Assembly: GCA_963668645.2 (NCBI GenBank)
Contig: CAXXWC010000013.1
Span: 1 to 64,000 of the forward strand
DNA length: 64,000 nt
Reading direction: 5' to 3'
From: Desulfobacterales bacterium
GTDB lineage: Bacteria > Desulfobacterota > Desulfobacteria > Desulfobacterales > UBA2174
Part shown: piece after piece, positions 42,848-52,055 of the stretch
Layout: every line of letters begins with the position of its first letter
Position numbering within the stretch: the stretch's first letter is position 1
Position numbers and translations under genes: made by a program
The notes under the pieces: model-generated
Databases searched by the model: none
Told to the model about the DNA's origin: nothing
Seen by the model: the letters and a program-made list of their open reading frames with translations, nothing else

Positions 42848-43171
42848 CTACACCAATCGTTCCAGCAGCAGGTCTTCCAGATTGCGGCGGGCATCCAGGA
42901 CCGACAGGACATGCACGGATTGGCGGCAAACCCGGTAAATGATCCGCCAGGAAGAGACGATCAATTCCCGGTAGATGAAGATTCCTTGATCCTGGAGATC
43001 AGGCACGATCCGCCCGCGTTCCGGGAAATTGTTCAGGATCGAGGCCGCTCGGCTGATCTTGCGCAGGATATTCAATGCATTGGACGGACTGCCGGCCGCT
43101 ACATACTCGACGATCCGCCGCAAGTCGTTTTCGGCGGCGGCAGGCCACAGGATCTGATACGCTTCAGACAT
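42848..43171 (-). CDS. RelE/ParE toxin
   Basis: AENDLRRIVEY, FPERGRIVP, WRIIYRV. Confidence 0.88.
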   Translation of the reverse strand: MSEAYQILWPAAAENDLRRIVEYVAAGSPSNALNILRKISRAASILNNFPERGRIVPDLQDQGIFIYRELIVSSWRIIYRVCRQSVHVLSVLDARRNLEDLLLERLV

Positions 43172-43448
43172 CCGCCGCGTCTTTCAGCGAAAATTCGATA
43201 TCCTTGAATACGTCCTCCTGAGCCCTGGATTTTCCGCTGCGAATGTCTGCCTCGCCTTGTGAAATCAGCTTCAGCATACCGATTGCATTGCGCATGCTTT
43301 CATAGCTTTGTGGGTCCTGAAGAACCGCCCGGGCCTCACCATTCTGGGTGATGATCACCGGGCGTCGTGTCTCGTTGATCTGTTTGAGCAGATCCGCGGC
43401 CCGGGCTTTCAGATAGGTAACCGGCTTGATGTCGTTTACGATGTTCAT
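43164..43448 (-). CDS. Phd/YefM antitoxin
   Basis: DIKPVTYLK, PVIITQNGEARAVL. Confidence 0.9.
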   Translation of the reverse strand: MNIVNDIKPVTYLKARAADLLKQINETRRPVIITQNGEARAVLQDPQSYESMRNAIGMLKLISQGEADIRSGKSRAQEDVFKDIEFSLKDAADV

Positions 43449-44157
43449 TGGCTTCACCTCCAGTCCGTATAACATACCAAATTCGAACCGGATGCCAACC
43501 GAAGTCTCCTTCCCTTCACGACCCCGTCAAAGTCGGGATCCGTCCGCCATTAATGATTTCAGTGCATCTTTATTGTTATTCATAAGTATATGGAGATTCG
43601 CCCTGATGCTTTCAATGCCCATGTCCCACCATTTCAGGTTTTCCAGCATCTCTATTGTTTCACTATCAAATCTCAATTTTATCGATTTCGCAGGAACCCC
43701 GCCAACGACTTCATAAGGTTTTACATTTTTAGTGACCACAGCGCGTGTCGCGATCCTGGCACCATCGCCTATTTTCACGCCGGCCATAATAGCGGCTTCG
43801 TGCCCAATCCAAACATCATTGCCAATGATTATGTCTCCTCTATTGTCCCAACTGCTGTTAATTGGCATCGAATGTTCCCAAAGATCACCAAATATTGCAA
43901 ATGGGTAATTTACAAATGAATCATTTTTGTGATTTCCTCCGTTAAACAGAAATTTGGCCCCTGATGCGATCGAACAAAATTTTCCTATTATTAATTGATC
44001 GTTGTTCATCGGATACTGGTATAGAACATTTCGGCTCTCAAAATTTTTGGGATCATCGAAATCGTGATAGTATGAATATTCGCCGACAACTATATTCGGC
44101 TTGGTTATTACTTCCATAAGGTGACAAGTATGCGGATCATTAGGCCGTGGAAAAATC

Positions 44158-46003
44158 CTATGGCCACACAATTTGGTTGGATTTTGCCCCGGATAAAGCC
44201 GCAGAAGCGCGCTGTGAGATTCGAACGGGAAGATCCGGTATTTTTGTCAGTGCTTTAAAACCAGGCAGAATGCGATCGGCATCCGCGGCCGGTATCAGCT
44301 CCTCGGAAGCCGAGGTTCGATCCAAATCAGCAAACAGGGCTTCGATATTTCTGCCGGCCGTCGAGCAGGATTTTCATGTAGTCGGGGTTGGACAGATTTT
44401 TCACCAACGGGGTATCGGCCAGCATGGTTTGCAACGCGCGGTGCATGCGATTATCGCCGGTACGGCGGCGATGATCCCGGCGCAAGCTGCGAAAGAACTG
44501 TTCCAGGATGTTGTTGGTCCGCTGGGGATAAACCACCTGCGGCCCCGAAGGGGTCTGCACGTCAATCGGGTCGGCAAACAGTTTGTCGTGATACTTGTCG
44601 ATCTGTTCGGCCAGTTTGCGGCACAGCGGATCGGCTGCCAGCTTTGCTTCGGCATCGAGACGGTGACGGAATTGGCCAACGCTCTGGCGGATACTTTCCA
44701 TCGCGGGTGCGGCACCATCATCGTTGAGGCCGTCTCGGCCTCCGGAAGGTGCGATGCGCATGGCTTGGCGAAGCTGATCAAAGAGCCGGCAACGCCAGCG
44801 TAACGAGTCGAGGCTTTTTTCGAAGACCGGATCGGCGACGACATCCATCACCTTTCGTGCCAGGTGGACAAACAAGCGGCTGCCGGCCACGTTGTCGCCG
44901 GGAAGTGTCTGTAGCAGGCGCGGCAGGCAATCGAGCAGGATCATAAGCCGTTCGGCCAGTACCAGCAAGGGGCGATCGAAAGGAAAGCCGTAGCCATCGC
45001 CGCAGTGTTTGGCCTGCAAGCTCCACAGCGATAGTGCATAGACCGCCGCAGGGGTCGTGAGACTCAAATCGGCAGCCGTTTGGGTGCCCGCCAGATACAT
45101 CGCCAGGGCGTTCGGCTCGGCCAGTAACCGACGGGCGTGGCGGGCCAACGCACGGAACCGGGTGCTGAACGCATGGCGACGCAGGCAGCCACGAAGCTCG
45201 CGGTAGGCCGGCTCGATCAGGTCTTTGCCCGCATCGCGCAAGAAATGAAAGTGGCAGACAAAGTCTTTGCTTGTGGGGAACACGGCCCCGACCGCCTTGC
45301 AGATGCCTGTGCCCATGTCATGCACACAGGCGATCGGATCGCCATAGTCGTCTTTGATCTTTTCCAAAAACGGGATGATCTGAGCGGCGTGTTCACTGGG
45401 CACCTTGACATTGGCCAACACCAGGCGGCTCAGAGCGTCGATGCCTGACATCAGAGCGGGCGCATCTTCTTGATGCACGGCATCCAGATGCAGGATATAG
45501 CCGCCGCTTCTGGCCATGGCCTGCTTGATGCGCGGGGTGGCGCGCCGATGGGCCAGAGCCAGCAAGAGGATAAACTTGCGGCCGAGTTTGGTGATTTGAG
45601 AATCGGACAGCACCACATCGCGGGCCAGCAGCTCGTTGCGAACCTGCCCGACACTGTGGCAGTCCTCGAACAGGCGACGGCCGACAAAGACCAGCACGTC
45701 CCAAGCGGTATTGCAACGATGCGCCACCCGCTGACGCAGGGCCGGATCTTCCCAGACACGGCCACAACGGGTACAGCGTTGCACGGTCCGGCGGGCGATA
45801 TAGGTGACCGAAAGACTGACCACGCGCTTGGTTTGTGTCTTTTGGACTTTCAAGGCACCGCCGCAGGAGCACTGCCGGTGCGGGTAGCGAAAATCGACCA
45901 CCGGCGGCTGCGCGAACAACGCCGACGGGCGCACCTCCTGGTGCAGTTGTTCGTTGAGGCGGCTCAGGAGGCCGATGGCCGCAACGGCAGCATTTTTTTT
46001 AAA
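44158..46003 (-). CDS. DDE transposase (probably fused to ORF1; extra frameshift near 44349)
   Basis: CSCG and CTRC zinc ribbon, LHLD, HDMG, CHFHFLRD, TNNILEQFFR; the shifted C-terminus ends at a TAG inside the IR. Confidence 0.8.
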
Positions 46004-46623
46004 CCGTGCTGCGCAAACAGCGCCCGGATCTGGTCGGCCTTGATGCGCACGGCGGCCCGGGCCGACACCCGGCGGGCCAACTCGGCCGGCTCGGCTGACG
46101 GCTTGCGGATGAATTCGGCCAGCACCATCACTGCAATCTCGGCTGGCAGCACCGCCGCCACGGGCGCTTCCAGGACACGACGTTGCGCCTCGGCGGTCCT
46201 GGCATTGCTGGCCAGGTAAACGTTCGCGCGTCCCTGGCGCTGGCGCTGGACAAGACCGCGGCGGTACAACCCGACCAGAACCGAATGACAACGGCAGCGC
46301 AACTTTTGGCCGAGCGCTTCGGCGCTCATCCCTGCCAGACTGGCATCGATCAGGGCCACCAGCGTACGGGTCAGACTGCCGGCCCGGGAAAAGCCGATGT
46401 CGTGGTAAAACCACAGTCCTTCGCGCGAAAAGCGAGGAATCGAACGCAGGGTATACCATCGTCCGTTGTGCGTAAAACTGCTGTAGTAGCCGTTCTGGGC
46501 CAGAAATCGCCGGGTTGATGGAATCGAGTAGTCCATCTGTTGGCTCAGCGGCCCGATCATCCAGCATGGATGCTGCTTGAACAGGACCGCGAGACGCTGG
46601 GAAACCTCGGTCGAACCATCCAT
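45964..46623 (-). CDS. IS ORF1, putative DNA-binding protein
   Basis: 219 aa inside the element; overlaps the transposase at a TTT-A8 run. Confidence 0.75.
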   Translation of the reverse strand: MDGSTEVSQRLAVLFKQHPCWMIGPLSQQMDYSIPSTRRFLAQNGYYSSFTHNGRWYTLRSIPRFSREGLWFYHDIGFSRAGSLTRTLVALIDASLAGMSAEALGQKLRCRCHSVLVGLYRRGLVQRQRQGRANVYLASNARTAEAQRRVLEAPVAAVLPAEIAVMVLAEFIRKPSAEPAELARRVSARAAVRIKADQIRALFAQHGLKKMLPLRPSAS

Positions 46624-46940
46624 ATCGCCCTCCCGATAAAGTATTGCAGGTTATCGCCGCAACCGGGCATATATGCAATACATTATCAAGAAATGGACGA
46701 TTTGACAAGAACGAAAAAGAGGATAGCCATCTATCGTAAATGACAATCATTACATGTGTTTTCTATGAGTTAGACGCAAAGCCGACACCCCGGAAAACGA
46801 AAGCACAGGCTCCTTGAGAATCGCAAAATATGATCAAGTATGGCAAAAATAATCGGATAACATACTGATTTTACAGAATCCAACCGTTTTGTGGTTCCAT
46901 AGGAAAAATCATTTTAGTTTGATATCCTTATAATTTGAAA

Positions 46941-47921
46941 TTATACTTTCATTACAATTTTACCAACTGTTCTTTGTCTTAGAATTTCTTTCAGTCTTTC
47001 CCCTGTTTGCTCCAATGTAACAACTTCCAATGCCGGTACTTTAATCTTTTCCTGTTCAAGCAGGGACGAAAACTTTTTGCCTGCTAGTATTAGATTTTTC
47101 TTGGCGTCAGCCCCATTTCTATGCCCCGATCCAAGACTAAACTGGTGAAAGCTGAGGCCCTTCATAAAAGCATCGCGATAGTCAAGGGGTCTGACTGTGT
47201 CTACCAGCTCGACCATCTGCCCCTCGAACCGAAGGCAGTTTGCAACAATCACATCATTGTCCGGTCCAACTGTATCAAGGCCAATATCAACGCCTTGTTG
47301 AGCAGTGATTTCAAGTACACGGGCAACGACATCTTCGCTCTTGTAGTCCACAGCGTCTGTAGCACCTAACCCGGCCACGTATCGATGATTTGAAGCAGAG
47401 CAGGTAACGATAATTTTTTCTAAATTAAAATATGACGCGATCTGGGTGGCAAAGCCGCCAACGCCACCGGAACCTCCCGTAATCAAAATCGAACGATGCT
47501 CACCGGCTTTCAGTTTATCGTTTAGCGCCCGCCAGGCAGTCCAGCCTGCGCAAGGTGTTGCCGCTGCGACTTCCGGTGCCACGTCCGGATGAGGGATAAT
47601 GGCATCGGCATCTTGAACCGTATATTCCGAGAATCCTCCGTGCGGGCGAAACATGTCCCCATGGCAAAGTATCTGATCACCGGGTTTCCATCTTTTTACC
47701 TTATTGCCGACTTTGACAATATGACCGGATACATCCAGCCCCGGCACCCAGGTTTCATCCATTCCCTGAACCATCAACTTCCACAAACTGATTTTTGCAT
47801 CAACTGGATTGAGGCCGCATGCGTCTACTTTGACCAGCACGTCAGTCCCCTCTATTGCAGGAATGGGAAGTTTGGATATACTAAAAAGATTGTTTTTTGG
47901 ATTAAAAGTCAGGGCTTTCAT
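46941..47921 (-). CDS. MDR-family (quinone oxidoreductase-like) dehydrogenase
   Basis: GLNPVD, PGLDVSG, TGGSGGVG, GKIV. Confidence 0.92.
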   Translation of the reverse strand: MKALTFNPKNNLFSISKLPIPAIEGTDVLVKVDACGLNPVDAKISLWKLMVQGMDETWVPGLDVSGHIVKVGNKVKRWKPGDQILCHGDMFRPHGGFSEYTVQDADAIIPHPDVAPEVAAATPCAGWTAWRALNDKLKAGEHRSILITGGSGGVGGFATQIASYFNLEKIIVTCSASNHRYVAGLGATDAVDYKSEDVVARVLEITAQQGVDIGLDTVGPDNDVIVANCLRFEGQMVELVDTVRPLDYRDAFMKGLSFHQFSLGSGHRNGADAKKNLILAGKKFSSLLEQEKIKVPALEVVTLEQTGERLKEILRQRTVGKIVMKV

Positions 47922-48446
47922 CGCAAAGTTCCTTTTTTACGCTGTCAGAGATTACTATTTTTACACCGGCCGATATCGCTTTTGACAGGTCCTCCTCCGT
48001 ATCCACAGTCCATGTGTTGACACGCTTGCCCATCTGCTTCGCAGCCTTCATCCATAATTTTTTTCTCTTTGTGGAGTCATTTGGAAAAAGAGATATCTCA
48101 GGATGTAAAGTGTCCGCTCCTGCAAGAAATCCCTTTATGCCTGTGCGGTTTATCCATGAGGAAATTTTGTAGCGCAACTTTTTCTTGTCTTCAGGGTTCA
48201 CTACGCGGTCTACACTTCGAAAAAGGTATGCGGTCTCGATGGTACGATGAAAAAAGCGCGTGGTAAGAAGTGTGTTGATATCAAAGGAAGAGATGATCAC
48301 CTGTTCATCAATGCCGTAATGACGTATGATGGTTACGGCCTTTCGGGCAGTGTGGCAGATAAAGGGGTGGCTCGATTTAATCTCGACGTTGAATATGATA
48401 TTTTCCTTCTTGCTTATAAACTCGACAGTCCGAAGTTTTACCGCCT

Positions 48447-49890
48447 TCAGGCGGCCAGCGGCATCCAGTCCTGCTGGTCGCTGCGGCTCTTTGAAATAAT
48501 TATCGTATAAATCGCGTCATTGCTGAAATCGCGAAAATTATGGAAGTATTCCTGCTGGACTACCGACTGAACGACCTCTTCGGACGGGATGACAGAACTG
48601 ACGGTTCGCAGCCATCCCGCATACTGTCCCCAGATCGTTTTGTGGCAGTTCAGCGCCAGGATCTGAAGAATCCCGGTGGCGATGCAGCCGAAGTTGACAA
48701 AGGCCTCGATGGCGTCGGTCGTTTCAGCAATCAGCCGTTGGCTCCGGTCGTCGTTGACGGTTGAAAGATCGCTGTTGTTGGCTTTTCCAATTCGGGGCCA
48801 GGCAGTCGTCCAGAATCGGTAGAAAAAGGCGCCTATCAAGTGTTTGAGGACCTTGAAGCTCACCTCGATCTTGAACCGGTAACTGTAGGCCAGGATCATG
48901 TCTCGGGCCCCGAGGGTCAAATCCGACCCCATCAGGATGAACCGCTCGTCGCCGTCGGCGACCAATACAAAACGCATCTTTTCTCCGACCGGCTTCCAGA
49001 GCAGGTCCAGACACAGAAAGGCCACGTCTTTGACCTGCCCGTACAGCTCGATGCGGGCCTGTTCGAAAGATGCCCTGCGCTTATCGAACAGTTCGATCAG
49101 CGCAAGCTTTTCACCGTATTCCCGTGGCCGGCCGGGGCGTCCGGTTGGCGGCGGTGCATCGGAGTAGGCCACCACGTTGCTTTTAGCGCGGGTCACCACA
49201 TGCACCAGGCGGCGGCCGGCGGCATCGCGCACCGTTTTGAGGATTGCAAACACCGGTCCCACGGCGAAGTAGGCGTCAAGTACCAGCAGACACCGTCTGC
49301 CCAGTGCCGGCACCGACTTTGCCGCCATGGCCGCCATCAAACTGGTGATGCTGACCTTGGGCTGGCCGTCGACCAGCGGATCGGCCTTTTTTTGGAAGCG
49401 GCGAAGCGTTTCTACGCCTTCATGGAGCTCGGCACAAAGCGGGATGCAGAAGATTTTTTTTACTCCAACCGCCAAGAACACCGATCACTCCCCAGTGGTG
49501 CCCGTAAATGTACGGGGCTTTGCCCGAGTTGTCCGACTCCTGATGAAGCCGTTTGACGCCGGGCATCTTTTCGGCTTCCTTCGAGACCTTGATACCGTCG
49601 CCGGCGAGCACCAGGCGACCGTCGATCTTGACTGGAATGCATCGCTCCAACACGATTTGCCACCAGCGGCGCATGATCGGGCCGAGCTTCCAGGACCGGG
49701 CCCGGAAAAACGACAGCATCGCCGTGTACAGCGAGGGCCGGATCGCGAGCCAGCGGACAAAGGAACTGGCCCCGCAGTGGTCGATGCGCACGATAAAGCC
49801 CAGTACCACGGTCACGAACCAGTGATAGGCTGCCTGGCGCGTGAAACAGGGCCGGAAGGCTTCCAGGATGCGGCTGATATGACCGATCAT
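48447..49890 (-). CDS. DDE transposase, frameshifted at an A8 run (49454-49461)
   Basis: DGIKVSKE, LVLDAYF, YSYRFKIEVSFK; ORFs 49420..49890 and 48447..49481 join at SKK/IFCIPL. Confidence 0.82.
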
Positions 49891-50204
49891 GGCCCCTCCT
49901 TTGCCATCGCGAAGGTATTGGGGGCTGTTCGTACAACACCCAGGCCGGCATGGACCTTTTTCAACAAGGCCGAGACGATGGAGTCTCGGCTGAGTTCGGT
50001 GTCGTGGTCCTGCTTGGCCAGGTCAATAATCTCGGTGACATGCAAGGGGCGGCCGGCGGTTTGGAGTACGTCCAGCACGATATCGATATTAGACGTACGC
50101 CTCTTTAGCCGTTCTTCCCCTGGCTGCTGGAAGCGCTCGACAACCTTGATCGTAGCTTGCGCAACCTCCTTTTGGAATTGAAGATACTTTTCGAATTGGT
50201 CCAT
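49887..50204 (-). CDS. Winged-helix HTH protein within the IS
   Basis: VLQTAGRPLHVTEII...SRDSIVSAL...APNTF; GAAAGGAGG RBS. Confidence 0.75.
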   Translation of the reverse strand: MDQFEKYLQFQKEVAQATIKVVERFQQPGEERLKRRTSNIDIVLDVLQTAGRPLHVTEIIDLAKQDHDTELSRDSIVSALLKKVHAGLGVVRTAPNTFAMAKEGP

Positions 50205-50734
50205 AGGGCACCTCCTTTCATAGTTGGTTTGAAAGGAGGATACAGGCACTCTGTAGGTATGTCAAGTAATTTTTTACGTACCCGTCTGAATTCTTATATA
50301 AGCCTGTTATTGTTGATCTTTATCTTTGTATAGCGATCTGTCTCAGGTACGTAATTCGTCGGACCGTACCTGCTGCCCTTTGTCTGGGGGCCAGAACTTT
50401 GGACTGTCGAGTTATAAACCGGCAGGTCTCAGAAAAAGTCGGAACTTCAATGCTCTTTTTTCTGGTAATCCCCTGGATCGTTTCAAAAGACTTTTCCCAG
50501 GGGAAAAAACCGAATTCCGATTTAAGAAACCAACGGTTTGCCACGATAAGTTTGCCATCTAAGGTAGATTCTACATCGATTTCGACTCCCGAAGCCCCAC
50601 GCCTGAGAGCCTCTTCAAATGCTGCAATGGTGTTTTCTGGTACGTTTTCTTTCCTTACACCTCTATGTCCCAGTATGACCGGTTTCCCCCCATTTTCTTC
50701 AACCAATCTGTCAATCAGTGCACTTCTCAAAAGT

Positions 50735-50845
50735 TATCCTCCGTCTTCCGGTATCGGACGTTTCAGCAGAAGGACTCGCCCGTCTTCCACGGCTACCCGG
50801 ACAGCATTCCGGCCGGCGTTCCTAGGATGCGATCCAGATTCGGGC
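50735..50845 (-). pseudogene. Degenerate copy of the 5' part of the XRE gene at 41.5 kb
   Basis: AVRVAVEDGRVLLLKRPIPED versus AFRVAMEDGRILLLKRSIPED; DNA aligns with ~41495-41585. Confidence 0.75.
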
Positions 50846-51071
50846 TTCTCTGTCGATAAAGGTAATTTCTGGCAGCTTCATGGGAAATGTGTCCTGTCCG
50901 TGGCGGGCAAAAGTACCCATCTTGATACTATCCGTCGAACCGTACAGCAAGTCTCGATTAGCCCCGATGTATCGCTACGGACTCGCCGAAGGGGGCGTTT
51001 AAGCGATTGTGATTGGCCGATCTTGACCTGAAAGAGACTTTACTCTATTTTGGCCGTAAAATACAGCAAAG

Positions 51072-51236
51072 GGCATCCTTGCCGCAGCCAAGCTCAAGGC
51101 CGTTCATCGGCTTTCCTACGCAGATGCGTTTGCCGTGGCCCTGGCGGAAAAGCTCGATGCCGCCATCTGTACTGGTGGTCCCGAAATTGTCGGATTGAAC
51201 ACAACAACTCGGGTAATCCCCCTGTCGCGGGGGTGA
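51072..51236 (+). pseudogene. PIN-domain toxin C-terminal remnant
   Basis: Manual translation AAKLKAVHRLSYADAFAVALAEKLDAAICTG; no start. Confidence 0.7.
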
Positions 51237-51280
51237 TTCCAATTAAACTGCTGACCACTATCTGAGTCACACGAATTCTC

Positions 51281-51988
51281 TTGCCGCTTGCTATCGTTTC
51301 AAAAATCGCGCCGGATATCCGCCTCTGCCAGGTGGATATCCAGGCTTTGGTGAGGGACTGGTTCGGCGACTTCACCTTGGAGGACCTGCGCCGGCCGGGG
51401 CGGGATCTTTCCATCTGTGCCTCGATCGACCCATGGCTGGCGCCCGGAGAGCTGGAAACCGTCCAGCGCTTCAAGTCGTTCAAGCGGCAGGTGGAATGGC
51501 TTGCCGGGCGCCTGGCGGTCAAGAACCTGGTGGCCGATTGCCTCGATCCAGGCCGGCCGGCCACGGAAGTCAGAATAGACCACGAGCCCGATGGGGCGCC
51601 GCTTCTGCTCGATTTTCCCAATCACTGCCTTTCCATCACCCACGCCGGCCGTTTTGCCGTAGCCGGCCTCAGCCTGGATCCAGACCTGGCCATCGGCATC
51701 GACATCGAGCGCCTGCCGGTTCCCGCCAACGAAGCCTTTTTCGGCCTGGCCTTCAGCCAGCGCGAGCGCGCGGTTCTGGACCCGGCCGATCAGCCCGCCC
51801 TGGCCCGCGCCTGGACCCTTAAGGAAGCCTACCTCAAATACATCCGCCAGGGGTTTCACCACAGCCTGAAGCGGGTGGAGGTCCTCGACGGGGTCCTGCT
51901 GGACGGGAGCCGGCCGGCGCCGGTGGACTGGACGTTCAGCGCACCGGATCCGAGCCACGTGCTGGCCGTGGTGTTTGGCCCGCGGTGA
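51281..51988 (+). CDS. Sfp-type 4'-phosphopantetheinyl transferase
   Basis: GRLAVK, GAP, SITH, GIDIE, WTLKEAYLK. Confidence 0.92.
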   Translation: MPLAIVSKIAPDIRLCQVDIQALVRDWFGDFTLEDLRRPGRDLSICASIDPWLAPGELETVQRFKSFKRQVEWLAGRLAVKNLVADCLDPGRPATEVRIDHEPDGAPLLLDFPNHCLSITHAGRFAVAGLSLDPDLAIGIDIERLPVPANEAFFGLAFSQRERAVLDPADQPALARAWTLKEAYLKYIRQGFHHSLKRVEVLDGVLLDGSRPAPVDWTFSAPDPSHVLAVVFGPR

Positions 51989-52055
51989 ATTTGCACCGGC
52001 GTTACACCAGCACGGTGTTTTACGGGAACCGTCATGGTCAACCGACTCCTCCGCT

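Larger units (their letters stand above)
44157..46903 (-). mobile_element. Two-ORF insertion sequence, family not assigned
   Basis: Imperfect IRs CCTATGG...GGTTGGATT at both ends; 6-bp duplication AAAAAT at 44151-44156 and 46904-46909. Confidence 0.88.
43527..46912 (-). pseudogene. Vat/CatB-family O-acetyltransferase interrupted at codons 2-3 by an IS
   Basis: IGKFCSIA, GDIIIGNDVWIG, GGVPA, KWWD; removing the IS restores AAGGA...ATG ATT TTT CCA CGG (ATG at 46912). Confidence 0.88.
48421..50411 (-). mobile_element. Insertion sequence (IS701/IS4-superfamily-like) with small HTH ORF
   Basis: 17-bp IRs CTCGACAGTCC(G/A)AAGTT; 7-bp duplication TTATAAA at 48414-48420 and 50412-50418. Confidence 0.9.
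47902..50730 (-). pseudogene. Glycerophosphodiester phosphodiesterase split by an IS
   Basis: GHRG...PENT...EIDV in the 5' half; removing the IS gives RFISKKENIIFNVEIKS...IISSFD...WTVD. Confidence 0.9.

Noticed and set aside
46004..46750. N-terminal part of the 807-aa ORF as real protein
   Set aside because: It overlaps IS ORF1 in another frame and has no motifs; the transposase-like sequence begins after the slippery site.
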